DNA from: an uncultured Fibrobacter sp.
GTDB taxonomy: Bacteria; Fibrobacterota; Fibrobacteria; Fibrobacterales; Fibrobacteraceae
NCBI GenBank assembly: GCA_947305535.1
Contig: CAMZDZ010000001.1
Location: 1 to 46,360, forward strand
Reading direction: 5' to 3'
DNA length: 46,360 nucleotides
Shown here: one piece after another, positions 16,888-26,107 of the stretch
Numbering within the stretch: position 1 is the first letter of the stretch
Layout: each line of letters opens with the position of its first letter
Position numbers and translations under genes: made by a program
Notes under the pieces: model-generated
What the model saw: only the letters and a program-made list of their open reading frames with translations
What the model was told of the DNA's origin: nothing
The model's database searches: none

Positions 16888-17445
16888 TTATTCGAAACGG
16901 AACGGAGCCGGAGCTTCGAGTTTGAAGTGGTCGGCCATCTTGTATTCGGCGAGTGCCTTGTAGTCAGTGGACTTGAGCTTGCCCTTTGCGAAGGTGAAGC
17001 TGATCGAGCAGTCCTTTCCGCAGGCGACTTCGTAGACGCCACCTTCGGACTTGAGGAGGAACTTTTCGGCGAGGCCGGCCTTTTCGCTGATCAGGCTCTG
17101 GGCCTTGTCGTTCACGCCGGCGGCGGAGTACATGTAGGCGATCTGCCTGATGCGAGCATCCTTGTCGCCCTCGATGGCGGCAACGGCGCTCTTGAACGCG
17201 GCTTCGGTCTTGTTGCCGGCGAGCGTCGCGTAGAGCAGCTTGAATGCCATGCCGTACTGGTCGATGGACTTCCACTGTTCCTGGAGAACCCCGTTGGTGA
17301 CAGTGAGGTAGGCATCCACTTGTTCCTTGACGGATTTTTGTGCCTGGTCGTTGTATTGCCCCTTGAGGATCATCATGACGACAACAAGTGCCACAATGAT
17401 GACGATGTCGACAATCATCAAAATTCTGAGTTTTTTCTTGTCCAT
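16888..17445 (-). CDS. Hypothetical single-pass membrane protein
   Basis: MDKKKLR + TM helix, AAGGA SD, 11 bp from the next gene. Confidence 0.75.
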   Translation of the reverse strand: MDKKKLRILMIVDIVIIVALVVVMMILKGQYNDQAQKSVKEQVDAYLTVTNGVLQEQWKSIDQYGMAFKLLYATLAGNKTEAAFKSAVAAIEGDKDARIRQIAYMYSAAGVNDKAQSLISEKAGLAEKFLLKSEGGVYEVACGKDCSISFTFAKGKLKSTDYKALAEYKMADHFKLEAPAPFRFE

Positions 17446-17616
17446 AAAGGTTCCTTAAGTAAGGTGTTCGTTTTATGAATTTATATCCTAATATATAAAA
17501 TGCAAGCAAAAGATGGTAAAAAATAGCCCTAAACCGAGCAAAAAAGCGAATGGTTAACGAAACTTTACGAAGCGGCGGCACACAAGAACCCGTTCCATAT
17601 GTATATTAATTTATAT

Positions 17617-18150
17617 ATGAATACAGATGTAGAGAAACCTGCCGAAAATGCAGTCGACCGGGATATGCTCCCGTCCGAAATCATTTTCAACAACCTGAAG
17701 GAACTCGTGAAGGCGAAGAATACGGCCCACGAGTCCATGTTCAAGTTCCATTGGAAAAAGATCTGGCCGTTCAACATGATTTGGCCGCAGGTGGACTTCA
17801 ACAGGATTGTTCGCTTCATGGGCGAAATCGCGACAAATTGCAGGAAGCAGAAAGATCTGGTCGACGAGGCAAAGAAAAAATCAAAGCCGTTCGAGGCTAC
17901 GTTCCTGAACGCGGTCCCCGCCTACCTGGATGCGCTGGAGACCTCGTGCGACAAGCTCGCCGCTGCCGCGCAATGGAAACAAGATTGGCTGGAACGCAAG
18001 GCCAAGGGGGGAGCAAAGCTCCGCAAGGATGTTTCGGAGTATAACGCCTTGCTGAAGGACTACGAGAAAGCCCAGGGCGATCTCGTCAGGGCCGGTGCTT
18101 TTGTCCAGATGGGCTGGGGCGAAATCGTCCTTGCCAAGAAGGGCGCCTGA
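17617..18150 (+). CDS. Hypothetical helical protein
   Basis: Open frame with host codon usage, 20 bp upstream of the GT2 gene; alternative start 17599. Confidence 0.7.
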   Translation: MNTDVEKPAENAVDRDMLPSEIIFNNLKELVKAKNTAHESMFKFHWKKIWPFNMIWPQVDFNRIVRFMGEIATNCRKQKDLVDEAKKKSKPFEATFLNAVPAYLDALETSCDKLAAAAQWKQDWLERKAKGGAKLRKDVSEYNALLKDYEKAQGDLVRAGAFVQMGWGEIVLAKKGA

Positions 18151-18170
18151 TAGATTTTTTTGAGGTTGGT

Positions 18171-19157
18171 ATGCCGGAGATAAGTGTCATCGTTCCCGTG
18201 TACAACACGGCCAAATATCTTGAACAGTGCCTGCGGAGCATCGCGACGCAGACGTTCGGGAACTTTGAGACCGTGATCATTGACGACGGCTCTACCGACA
18301 ACAGCCTCGCGATCGCGCAGACGTTCGCCGAAAGCGATTCCCGCTTCAAGGTGCTGACGCAAAAGAACGGGGGCCCGTCAAGCGCCCGCAACAAAGGGTT
18401 GAAGATCGCTTCGGGCAAGTGGATCGTGTTCGTGGACAGCGACGACGTTGCCGCGCCATCCATGCTGCATGACCTCCTCTTTGCGGCGAAGGCCTGCAAG
18501 ACGAAGGTGGCTTGCGGCCGGACACGCTCGTTCAGGGGGACTTTGCACCACGGCGACATTCTTCCCACGAGCAAGACCAGGCCCCGCACCATCACGGCGG
18601 AAAAGGCCATCGAACGCAGCCTTTACCAGAAAAGCTTTCCCGACTATTCCCTTTGGAACAAGATATTCCGCGTGGAACTCTGGAAAAAGCGCAAACTCAA
18701 GGAAGGGACTTTCTTCGAGGACCTCATCTCGGTCATCTCCATCTTCAACGAGATCGACAGGGTCGCGCTCGTGAACAGGACGCTGTACTACTACCGGAAG
18801 CATCCCGAGAGCGCGCTCGCCAACCAGGGGGGCGTGAAAACGGCGGTACTTCTCGATATCTGCGAAGATATCTGTAAGGAAGCGAACGAGAAAAACGCCT
18901 CGATGGACAAGAAAACGGCGGAACGCCTTTTGAAGGCTGCCGAAAGTTCGCTGCTGAGCGCCGGATTCAGTATCCTCATGCGCACGCCCGACACCGAGGA
19001 ATTCTCGGAGTACAGAAACCGCGCCTGGCACTGGATTAACGAGTTCCGCCTGCAATGCCTGCTGGATTGCAGGTCCAGGATTCGCAACAAGATTGCGGCG
19101 ATATGTTCGTTCGGCGGCAAGAGGTTCCTGGAACTTGTCATGAAGAGGTTCGGATGA
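18171..19157 (+). CDS. Glycosyltransferase family 2
   Basis: ISVIVPVYN, IDDGSTD, NGGPSSARNKGL, FVDSDD, FEDL. Confidence 0.92.
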   Translation: MPEISVIVPVYNTAKYLEQCLRSIATQTFGNFETVIIDDGSTDNSLAIAQTFAESDSRFKVLTQKNGGPSSARNKGLKIASGKWIVFVDSDDVAAPSMLHDLLFAAKACKTKVACGRTRSFRGTLHHGDILPTSKTRPRTITAEKAIERSLYQKSFPDYSLWNKIFRVELWKKRKLKEGTFFEDLISVISIFNEIDRVALVNRTLYYYRKHPESALANQGGVKTAVLLDICEDICKEANEKNASMDKKTAERLLKAAESSLLSAGFSILMRTPDTEEFSEYRNRAWHWINEFRLQCLLDCRSRIRNKIAAICSFGGKRFLELVMKRFG

Positions 19158-19921
19158 TCCCGAAGAAAATCCATTACTGCTGGTTTTCGGGCGAGGATTA
19201 TCCGGAAAGCGTCCTGAAATGCATGGACAGCTGGAAACGTCTCCTCCCCGGTTACGAACTCGTTTTATGGGACGCGGGGAAGGCCCGCGCCATAGGCATC
19301 CCTTGGGTGCGTGACGCTCTGGAACGAAGGCGCTGGGCATTCGCAAGCGACGCGGTGCGCCTTTATGCGCTAGAAAGCGAGGGCGGCATATATCTCGATA
19401 CCGATGTCGAGGTGCTGAAAAGTTTCGATAGCCTGCTGGAACGCGACTATTTCTTTGGTTACGAGAACGGCTCCAAGCGCATCGAGGGCGCTGTCATGGG
19501 TGCGACGCCGCATTCCCCAGTTGTCGCCAAGGCGCTGGAATTCTACAAGACGCATCCTTTCCGCTACAGGGAAAATACGATTGACGACCTTGTGCTGCCG
19601 AATATTCTGGCAGAGGTGTTTAAGGACTTGCCGGGCCTCGAAATTTTCCCAGAATACGTTTTCTCCCCGAAAAGCTACATCGATGGCAAGATTCGGTTGC
19701 AGCCTGAAACCCTTTGCGTCCATCATTTCGCGAGTTCCTGGAGGGCTCCGTGCGTACAGCGCGGCATTGCACGGCGCCAGTGGCTCTATGCGAAGTTCCC
19801 GCGCCCGGTGGCTTGTTGCCTTGCTGGAATTCTTTCGGTGTGGACGAATTTCCAGAATTTGGGACTTGCCGGCACGCTCAAGAAGGCCTGCGGCATGCTA
19901 GGGCATAGTCGCAAGAAGTGA
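19154..19921 (+). CDS. Glycosyltransferase family 32 (DXD, Och1-like)
   Basis: MIPKKIHYCWF, WAFASDAVRLYAL, GGIYLDTDVE, HHFASSW; ATGA overlap with the upstream gene. Confidence 0.9.
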   Translation: MIPKKIHYCWFSGEDYPESVLKCMDSWKRLLPGYELVLWDAGKARAIGIPWVRDALERRRWAFASDAVRLYALESEGGIYLDTDVEVLKSFDSLLERDYFFGYENGSKRIEGAVMGATPHSPVVAKALEFYKTHPFRYRENTIDDLVLPNILAEVFKDLPGLEIFPEYVFSPKSYIDGKIRLQPETLCVHHFASSWRAPCVQRGIARRQWLYAKFPRPVACCLAGILSVWTNFQNLGLAGTLKKACGMLGHSRKK

Positions 19922-22624
19922 ATTGATACGGAGCGTCATCTGGAGGGCACCATCAGACGAAAGGTGGTTGTTGTCGTAGGCCATGCCGTCCGTATAATCG
20001 TGATCGCCCATCTTGTTTTCGTCCATCAACATGAAGTTCGGATAGGTCTTGCTCAGGTCCGCAAGTTCCTGGATGAGGGTAGGGGCGATGCTCCGCTGGA
20101 TTCCGTGGAACGAGAACGATCCCGTGTTCACGTACAAGGGGTTTTGCGGGAAGATGATTCCGATGACGCGGATGTCGTGCTCTTGCGCCTCGGCCAGGAT
20201 TTCTTTCAGCAAAGCGAAGTTTGCATCGTAGAGGTCGCGTCTTTTGGCGACCCACGTGCTGTCTGTCCAGACCTTGGGTTCACCCCAGCCTTGGGATTCA
20301 AGGGGCTCGAAACCGAGCGTTTCCCTGAACGGTTCGAACTTGTAGTAGCCTAAGGATGCGTATGTCAGCTGGGGAAGCTGTTCGGGAACTCCGTCTTTCC
20401 AGAAATTGTGGTTCTCGTCGTAGACGTAGCCGGGAATGGAACTCCTGAGGACTTCGAAGAAACTCTGTGCCGCCGTGTTGAATCCGCGGTCTATGTCAAT
20501 CGACATGATGATGTATTTCAGGTTCTTCATGTGCGGCAGGATGTAGTTGTCCAGGATGAATTTTGTGCAGAACAGCGTGTTGTTGGAGTTGGCCAGGTTG
20601 AGTGCCTTGGTTGCATTTGTCAGCTGCCGGGGAATGACTCCGTGCAGGGCTCGCGATGAACCGAGTATCACCGTGTTCGTTGTGTCGCGGTAGTTCCACA
20701 GGAGTTCCATCTTGTAGCGCCATTTTACGGCAATCTCGGTGCCGCCAGCAACGAAGTAGACTCCCGCGCTGTCGGGGTCGAGAACGAAGTCCGTTGTATT
20801 GGCGGGGCTGAGAGCTCGGTTTACCCATAGGCAGGGGTGCCAGAGTTCCTCGCCTTGGATGAGTTCGGTGACGCTGGAATCGGCAACGTTCACGAGCACG
20901 ATTTTCTGATGTTCGCCGTCCGGATTGGTAAGTGTCGCTACGATGTTCGAAATTTTTCCGTCGGTCGCCCATTCGGTATGGTCGAATGTGTATCCGGCCG
21001 GAGCCCCGATGGATTGGATGAGTTTCCCTGTATTGTCGGCGATGAAAATGCGCTGGTGCGTGGTGTAGGACTGCCCGACAAATTCCTTGCCGGTGTTGCC
21101 CGCGAAATCGAGGAATGCCGTACGCTGGGTTCCGTCCTGGACGAGGGATGCGTTGCATGCCTGTTCCCCGTTGTACCAGATTGTGTCGGTCGCGGTGGCG
21201 TCGTAAAGGGAGCCTGGCGGATTGGCCTTGCGGGCGCGGAGAAGCCTTGCACCGGAAACGGCGAGGGTTGCGTCTTCGCTGATGCCGCCGTGGTAGCTGC
21301 CGTCGAACAGTTTTTGTGGCGTGCCGAAGACCCCGCCCGCAAACGGGACCTGCCATGTGCTGGTCTTCTGCCAGTCGGCGGTCTCCTTGTTGTTGCCTGC
21401 GTCGCTCACGTAGGTGATGACGGTGTCCCCGCTTGCGGTGACGCTCCAGCGGGGGATAGCTGCGCTTGCAACGTCGAGCCGGACCAGGTTGCTGCCCGTG
21501 GCGTCGAGCTTGCGTACGTACAGGCTGGATTGTCCGCTTATGCCTTCCATGTTCGTGCAGAAGGCGACCCAGTTCCCGTTGGGGGAGATGTCCGGGTGGA
21601 ACACGTTCAACGTGTCCTGGATTTCGATTACGGATAAGGTAATGTCTGAGTAGTTGACGAATACGAGGTTGCCCGTGATGTCGTTGCGGAAGGCCAGCTT
21701 GGTCGCGTATGTACCGGTGATGCTGCGGACGGCGTCGGATGTGGCGAGACGGTTTATGATTTGCCCGCTCTGCTGGTTTTCGCTGTTTGCAGCTTCGGCA
21801 TTGGGAATGGCTCCGAGTGCAAGGCGGAACCCGACGTATTCAGTCTTGGTTGCCGACGTGACCGTGTATACGTCGCCGCGTGCGAACGGACTGATGGATT
21901 GCACGTCGTTGAGATAGCTCCCGCCCTTGATTATCCTTTCGCCGATGCCGTTGGGCTGGGCCGTTCCGATAAAGTTCGTGAAGGAGGACTCTGTAACGGG
22001 GCCAAGCCAGTCGTTCACCCATTCCATTACGTTGCCTGCGAAGTCGCAGAAACCGGCCTTGTCCTTGCTTGCCGTGCAGACGGCGTGGGGTACGCCTCCG
22101 GAATTGCCGCTATTCCAGCCGTTGTTCACATCCCAGCCTTGCAGCGCGGCTTTGACCCATTCGGCTTCTGTCGGCAGGCGGTAGCCCAATTTGTCGTAGT
22201 TCGTCGTGAAATTTTCGAGGTAGGTGCAGTGATTCTGGGAATCGAATGTTGCCTTGGAGTAGGTGTAGACCGTGTCTAGCTTTTCGGCCTTGCTTTTTGC
22301 GTTCGCGAACAGGACGGCGTCGAAGAAGGTGATGTTGGCGACGGGCAGGTTTCCGTCGCTGCAAGTGATGTCGCCGTATTCGCCGCAGGTGACTTCGTGG
22401 ATACCGATAAGGTAATCGTAGGTCAGCTTGGCGTCCATCTTTTCGGCAAGGTTGACTTTGGTGTCCGATGCCGGGACGCGAATCATTCCCTCTCTGTCTT
22501 CGGCGGACGATGAACTTGGAATTTTGGGATCATTGTGGTCGGCAGAAGTGGAATCGTTACAGGCTGTGACGGTGGCGAGAACGAACATGGCCGCTGTCAG
22601 TGCGTATGCGATCTTGGCGGTCAT
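19898..22624 (-). CDS. TIGR02171-like Fibrobacter paralogous lipoprotein (FGE-sulfatase/SUMF1 domain + propeller + SGNH-like tail)
   Basis: Lipobox VTAC; HEVT, YRLPTEAEW, GNVMEWVNDW, YVGFRLA; HPDISPNG; ELWHPCLW; GSSR...DNNHL. Confidence 0.85.
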   Translation of the reverse strand: MTAKIAYALTAAMFVLATVTACNDSTSADHNDPKIPSSSSAEDREGMIRVPASDTKVNLAEKMDAKLTYDYLIGIHEVTCGEYGDITCSDGNLPVANITFFDAVLFANAKSKAEKLDTVYTYSKATFDSQNHCTYLENFTTNYDKLGYRLPTEAEWVKAALQGWDVNNGWNSGNSGGVPHAVCTASKDKAGFCDFAGNVMEWVNDWLGPVTESSFTNFIGTAQPNGIGERIIKGGSYLNDVQSISPFARGDVYTVTSATKTEYVGFRLALGAIPNAEAANSENQQSGQIINRLATSDAVRSITGTYATKLAFRNDITGNLVFVNYSDITLSVIEIQDTLNVFHPDISPNGNWVAFCTNMEGISGQSSLYVRKLDATGSNLVRLDVASAAIPRWSVTASGDTVITYVSDAGNNKETADWQKTSTWQVPFAGGVFGTPQKLFDGSYHGGISEDATLAVSGARLLRARKANPPGSLYDATATDTIWYNGEQACNASLVQDGTQRTAFLDFAGNTGKEFVGQSYTTHQRIFIADNTGKLIQSIGAPAGYTFDHTEWATDGKISNIVATLTNPDGEHQKIVLVNVADSSVTELIQGEELWHPCLWVNRALSPANTTDFVLDPDSAGVYFVAGGTEIAVKWRYKMELLWNYRDTTNTVILGSSRALHGVIPRQLTNATKALNLANSNNTLFCTKFILDNYILPHMKNLKYIIMSIDIDRGFNTAAQSFFEVLRSSIPGYVYDENHNFWKDGVPEQLPQLTYASLGYYKFEPFRETLGFEPLESQGWGEPKVWTDSTWVAKRRDLYDANFALLKEILAEAQEHDIRVIGIIFPQNPLYVNTGSFSFHGIQRSIAPTLIQELADLSKTYPNFMLMDENKMGDHDYTDGMAYDNNHLSSDGALQMTLRINSLLATMP

Positions 22625-22627
22625 GGC

Positions 22628-23713
22628 CTAGTGCCTCTCCGTCTTGATGGGCTTCAGTTGCTTGATGACGTCCTGCAGTTCCTTGGGAAGCGGACAGTCG
22701 AAGACCTTCTTTTCTCCCTTCCAAGTGAATTCGAGACGGCAACTGTGCAAGAATAGACGGTGCAGGCCGAATTGCTTTTTGGCTTCGCGGTTGAATGCGA
22801 AATCGCCGTAGCGCGTGTCGCCCAGGAGCGGGTGGCCGATGCTTGCGAAGTGTGCGCGGATTTGGTGCATGCGCCCGGTCTCGAGCTTGATTTTCACGAG
22901 GTCGAAGCCTTCGTAGTGCTGCTTGACGCGGTAATGCGTGACGGCTTCCTGCGCCCCTTCGCCTTTTTGGCCGACCTTCATCTTGCTGCCCTTGGCGGCG
23001 TCCGTGCGCGTCAGGGTCTCGCTGATGGTGCCCTTGTCGCGATTGAGGTTGCCCTTGACGAGGGCGAAGTAGAACTTGTCGACCTCGTGTTCGCGGATCA
23101 TGCGCGTGAAGTCGCGGAGTGTGTCGCCGTGGAGTGCGGCGATGAGCATGCCGGAGGTTTCCTGGTCCAGGCGATGTGCGATGGTGGGGCGGAAGTCCAG
23201 TCCTTCGCTCTTGCCCCATTCCCAAAGGTATTCCACGAGGCTTTCTCCGGGGCGTGTGCCGCTGCCCGGCTGGCTCGCGAGTCCCGAGGGCTTGTTGACG
23301 ATGACGTAGTCCTCGGTCTGGATGACGATGTCGAGTTCGCGTGCGCCCCATCGAGCCTGCTTGTCGGCGGGAGAGGAATCCTTGCCCCAGGTGGACTTGC
23401 TTTTGGCATATCCTGTTTTCGACACACCCCACGTGTTACCCGAATCTTGAACCTCGGACTTGGAACCTTCTCTCTCGTCTCTCGTCTCTCGTCTCTCGTC
23501 TAAGTTTTCCACCGATTTAAAATTCTCATAAATGCAGACGACGTCTCCTTCGGAGAGCATCTGGTTTGCCTTGCCGATAACTCCGTTGACACGGACTTTC
23601 TTTTTACGGATGACGGCGAAAAATACAGAAAGGGATTCCTCCGGGAAGGCCTTGCGAAGGAAACGGTCCAACCTCATGTTGGCAAAGTCACGGTCGATAA
23701 GTCTTGTAATCAT
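22628..23713 (-). CDS. RluA-family pseudouridine synthase with S4 domain (RluC/D-like)
   Basis: RLDRFLRK S4 domain, NKPSGL, HRLDQETSG, TGRMHQIRAH, GHPLLGDTRYG, LFLH. Confidence 0.93.
   Translation of the reverse strand: MITRLIDRDFANMRLDRFLRKAFPEESLSVFFAVIRKKKVRVNGVIGKANQMLSEGDVVCIYENFKSVENLDERRETRDEREGSKSEVQDSGNTWGVSKTGYAKSKSTWGKDSSPADKQARWGARELDIVIQTEDYVIVNKPSGLASQPGSGTRPGESLVEYLWEWGKSEGLDFRPTIAHRLDQETSGMLIAALHGDTLRDFTRMIREHEVDKFYFALVKGNLNRDKGTISETLTRTDAAKGSKMKVGQKGEGAQEAVTHYRVKQHYEGFDLVKIKLETGRMHQIRAHFASIGHPLLGDTRYGDFAFNREAKKQFGLHRLFLHSCRLEFTWKGEKKVFDCPLPKELQDVIKQLKPIKTERH
23439..23502. repeat. Composite heptamer array (degenerate CCTCGAA) + (TCTCGTC)x4 + TA inside the RluA-family gene
   Basis: CCCGAA TCTTGAA CCTCGGA CTTGGAA CCTTC then four exact TCTCGTC (23473-23500); encodes LDERRETRDEREGSKSEVQDSG. 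Confidence 0.9.
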
Positions 23714-24056
23714 CTGTTCCGGCTGGGGGAGATTTGTCGGACAAATATAGAAATTGCGGGGAGATGTTCAAATAGGGCGTGCATTATCGCATGATGGGGA
23801 TCATGCTTATTTGGGGGGGAAGAAGAGTAAAAGCCGCGTCGTCAGGCATTCAAGGTGTATGGATGAATTTTTAAGGCTGTGTTTTTTCCTCATTCCTTGC
23901 TTTTTTAGACGTTCAAAACGGAATTTTTGTCCATCTTTTTTTGCAAAATTATTTTGTCTTGACTTGCGCTTTTTGCCGGTTTATATTGTCCGTGTTTGAA
24001 ATATTGATTGACAACAGCAACTCAAAAACGTATTTTGTAAATAGAGGAACAATTCT

Positions 24057-24227
24057 ATGGCCGTAGCAATAAGATCTATACCGACCCTTCAGGGGGAAGA
24101 CGCTGAGCGTTTTCTCAAGGAGGCCGATTTTGCTGAGAAAAACGACCAAAAACAGGATTATGGCGAAAAAATTCTGTTGGTCAGGAATTTCCTTCGTGAA
24201 AACCTATGTTTTTCGCCTAAAAGATAA
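24057..24227 (+). CDS. Small antitoxin-like partner of a GNAT toxin (56 aa, not in ORF track; C-terminus probably altered by deletion)
   Basis: AGAGG SD; MAVAIRSIPTLQGEDAERFLKEADFAEK...; resembles small proteins found upstream of GNAT toxins. Confidence 0.6.
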   Translation: MAVAIRSIPTLQGEDAERFLKEADFAEKNDQKQDYGEKILLVRNFLRENLCFSPKR

Positions 24228-24660
24228 ACCGGATTGCATTGTTGCGGCTTTTACAATTTCAAATGACTCCATTCGAATAAAGCAGCTCGCTCCGGAAGAC
24301 AAAGCCAAAATAGAATACGTCACGGAAAATGGCGAAAAGAATCTTCGACGTTATCCAGGTGTTTTAGTTGGACGATTGGGAACGAATGCTGATTTTGCAA
24401 AGCAGGGCATTGGCTCTGCGGTAATGGATTTTATAAAAGCTTGGTTCCGTAGCGATGAAAACAAGACTGGATGCCGTTTTATCATTGTCGATGCAATTAA
24501 TGAGTCCGGTGTCATCCATTACTATCAGAAGAATCAATTCAAGTTTCTGTATAGCTCAGAAATCAATGAGGCAAGAGCTCTAGGCGTTAACATAAAATTA
24601 CAGGCAAGTAAACCATTGCACACCCGTTTGATGTATTTTGACTTAATTGACATCAAATAG
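24198..24660 (+). pseudogene. N-terminally truncated GNAT acetyltransferase toxin (AtaT/TacT-like)
   Basis: KTYVFRL..IVAAFTISNDSI, YPGVLVGRLG, QGIGSAVMD, NKTGCRFIIVDA, YYQKN.F; the usual N-terminal F.CG..DL..F segment is absent. Confidence 0.6.
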
Positions 24661-24689
24661 TTTTCCTAGAAACGTTTTTAAATGACGTT

Positions 24690-24911
24690 CTAAACGGAAT
24701 TGTTCGAACATTTGACAGAGAGTTCGAAAGTATCTAATTTCAGCAAAGAAGAATTCGAGGCATATCAGAAAATGTACCACAAAGAATGGGATCATAACGC
24801 CATGGCGAACGTGAACGCGAAATGGCGAAGGCTATGCGTGATTACGGTGATCCTGTTGAAAAGATTGCTGCAATATCCGGCCTTTCCATGGAAGAGATTG
24901 CCAAACTGTAG
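24690..24911 (+). pseudogene. Frameshifted C-terminal remnant of an Rpn / PD-(D/E)XK nuclease-family transposase
   Basis: LFEHLTESSKVSNFSKEEFEAYQK in one frame, then EREMAKAMRDYGDPVEKIAAISGLSMEEIAKL* in another. Confidence 0.7.
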
Positions 24912-25019
24912 CTCTTAATGCATACAAATGTATGCTTTCAAACGATTTTGTATATATTTATGACAAGATGTTACAGATTCCCGCGTAGACCGGTGCTCAT
25001 GAAGTGTTTGATAAAAGGA

Positions 25020-25616
25020 ATGCGGATTCAGTTGTTGACCCTGATGGTCTTTTTTTTGTTTGGCTGTCATAATGAGAAAATATCGCAGATATACTCAGGT
25101 CAGGAATATTTGGCTGTTGAATTGGAAATGGAATCAAGTTATTGCATCCCCAATTCTATTGTTATGGTTGGGATGGAGCGGGATTCTTCTAACTGGCATT
25201 TGTATGGGGAAGGCCCTGTAGAAGGTTTTGAACTCGTTCGAATTATTACGCCTGTCGGGGATTCTCTAAGAATATATATGGAGCGGACACACCTTAAAGA
25301 TGATGTCAGAGATACTTCTTTTGTCGAAACTGAGGTACTGCTTGATAGTGTTGTTCTCGGCGGAACGGATGCTTATAAATCGCTATATCGCGAATTGTTG
25401 AATCTAGAAGGTAGTTTCCCGCTGATGTCATGGAAACATCGTCGTCCAGGAGAATTGTACGATTCTCGCGCATTTTTTATTATGTCTGAATCGGAATGTA
25501 AGGAAATTTCGCTTTACAAAAAAACAGACGTGGAAAAAGAGGTGTACGGACAGTCATACAAGGTGGTGCTAGATTTGTTTTCCAAGTATGAAGAGTTGAT
25601 GGGGTTGGGTAAATAA
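25020..25616 (+). CDS. Hypothetical lipoprotein (AT-rich islet)
   Basis: MRIQLLTLMVFFLFGC lipobox; start uncertain (24999 possible). Confidence 0.6.
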   Translation: MRIQLLTLMVFFLFGCHNEKISQIYSGQEYLAVELEMESSYCIPNSIVMVGMERDSSNWHLYGEGPVEGFELVRIITPVGDSLRIYMERTHLKDDVRDTSFVETEVLLDSVVLGGTDAYKSLYRELLNLEGSFPLMSWKHRRPGELYDSRAFFIMSESECKEISLYKKTDVEKEVYGQSYKVVLDLFSKYEELMGLGK

Positions 25617-26105
25617 ATGCTTTCCTGGCTTTTGATAATGGCTTCGGCGTATTATACAACGGTGGGTGGCGTGCCATACACGCCGCCTCGGAGTGATTTT
25701 GTAAAAATAGTCGAGGTTATCCAAAAAACGGACTCGGTGCTGTATCAAGCGTCTTTATACCAAGATTCGACCGTGATGTATACGAAAGTGTGGAGGAATG
25801 AAGCTGAAGTTTTTGCCGACACACTCCATGATACGGATGTTCAAACTTTTTTAAGATTGCAAAAGTCATTGGATTCAACATCTGGAAGAATCCGAGTGCA
25901 ATGGACTGCTTTTAGGGAAGAAGATGGGAAAGAAAAGTCAAAAGTGTTCATGAAAGATTTGAAGAGCGTTTCGTGGCTTATGCCAAGTAAATCTAGGATT
26001 AAGAGAAGTAAAACGGTTCGTATTATTCCAACGCACAGAATAGACAATGACTTTTATCCGGTAGTTCTTGAATTGCAAGAATGGCTTCGGAGTAAGTGGC
26101 TGTAG
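25617..26105 (+). CDS. Hypothetical protein (AT-rich islet)
   Basis: ATG immediately follows the upstream TAA; 162 aa open frame. Confidence 0.55.
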   Translation: MLSWLLIMASAYYTTVGGVPYTPPRSDFVKIVEVIQKTDSVLYQASLYQDSTVMYTKVWRNEAEVFADTLHDTDVQTFLRLQKSLDSTSGRIRVQWTAFREEDGKEKSKVFMKDLKSVSWLMPSKSRIKRSKTVRIIPTHRIDNDFYPVVLELQEWLRSKWL

Positions 26106-26107
26106 GT

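Noticed and set aside
24130..24197. ORF-track N-terminus of the GNAT (MLRKTTKNRIM...)
   Set aside because: It is an alternate frame of the upstream antitoxin-like gene
23750..26105. Integron cassette array or prophage
   Set aside because: No integrase, no recognisable repeated attC-like sites, no phage genes
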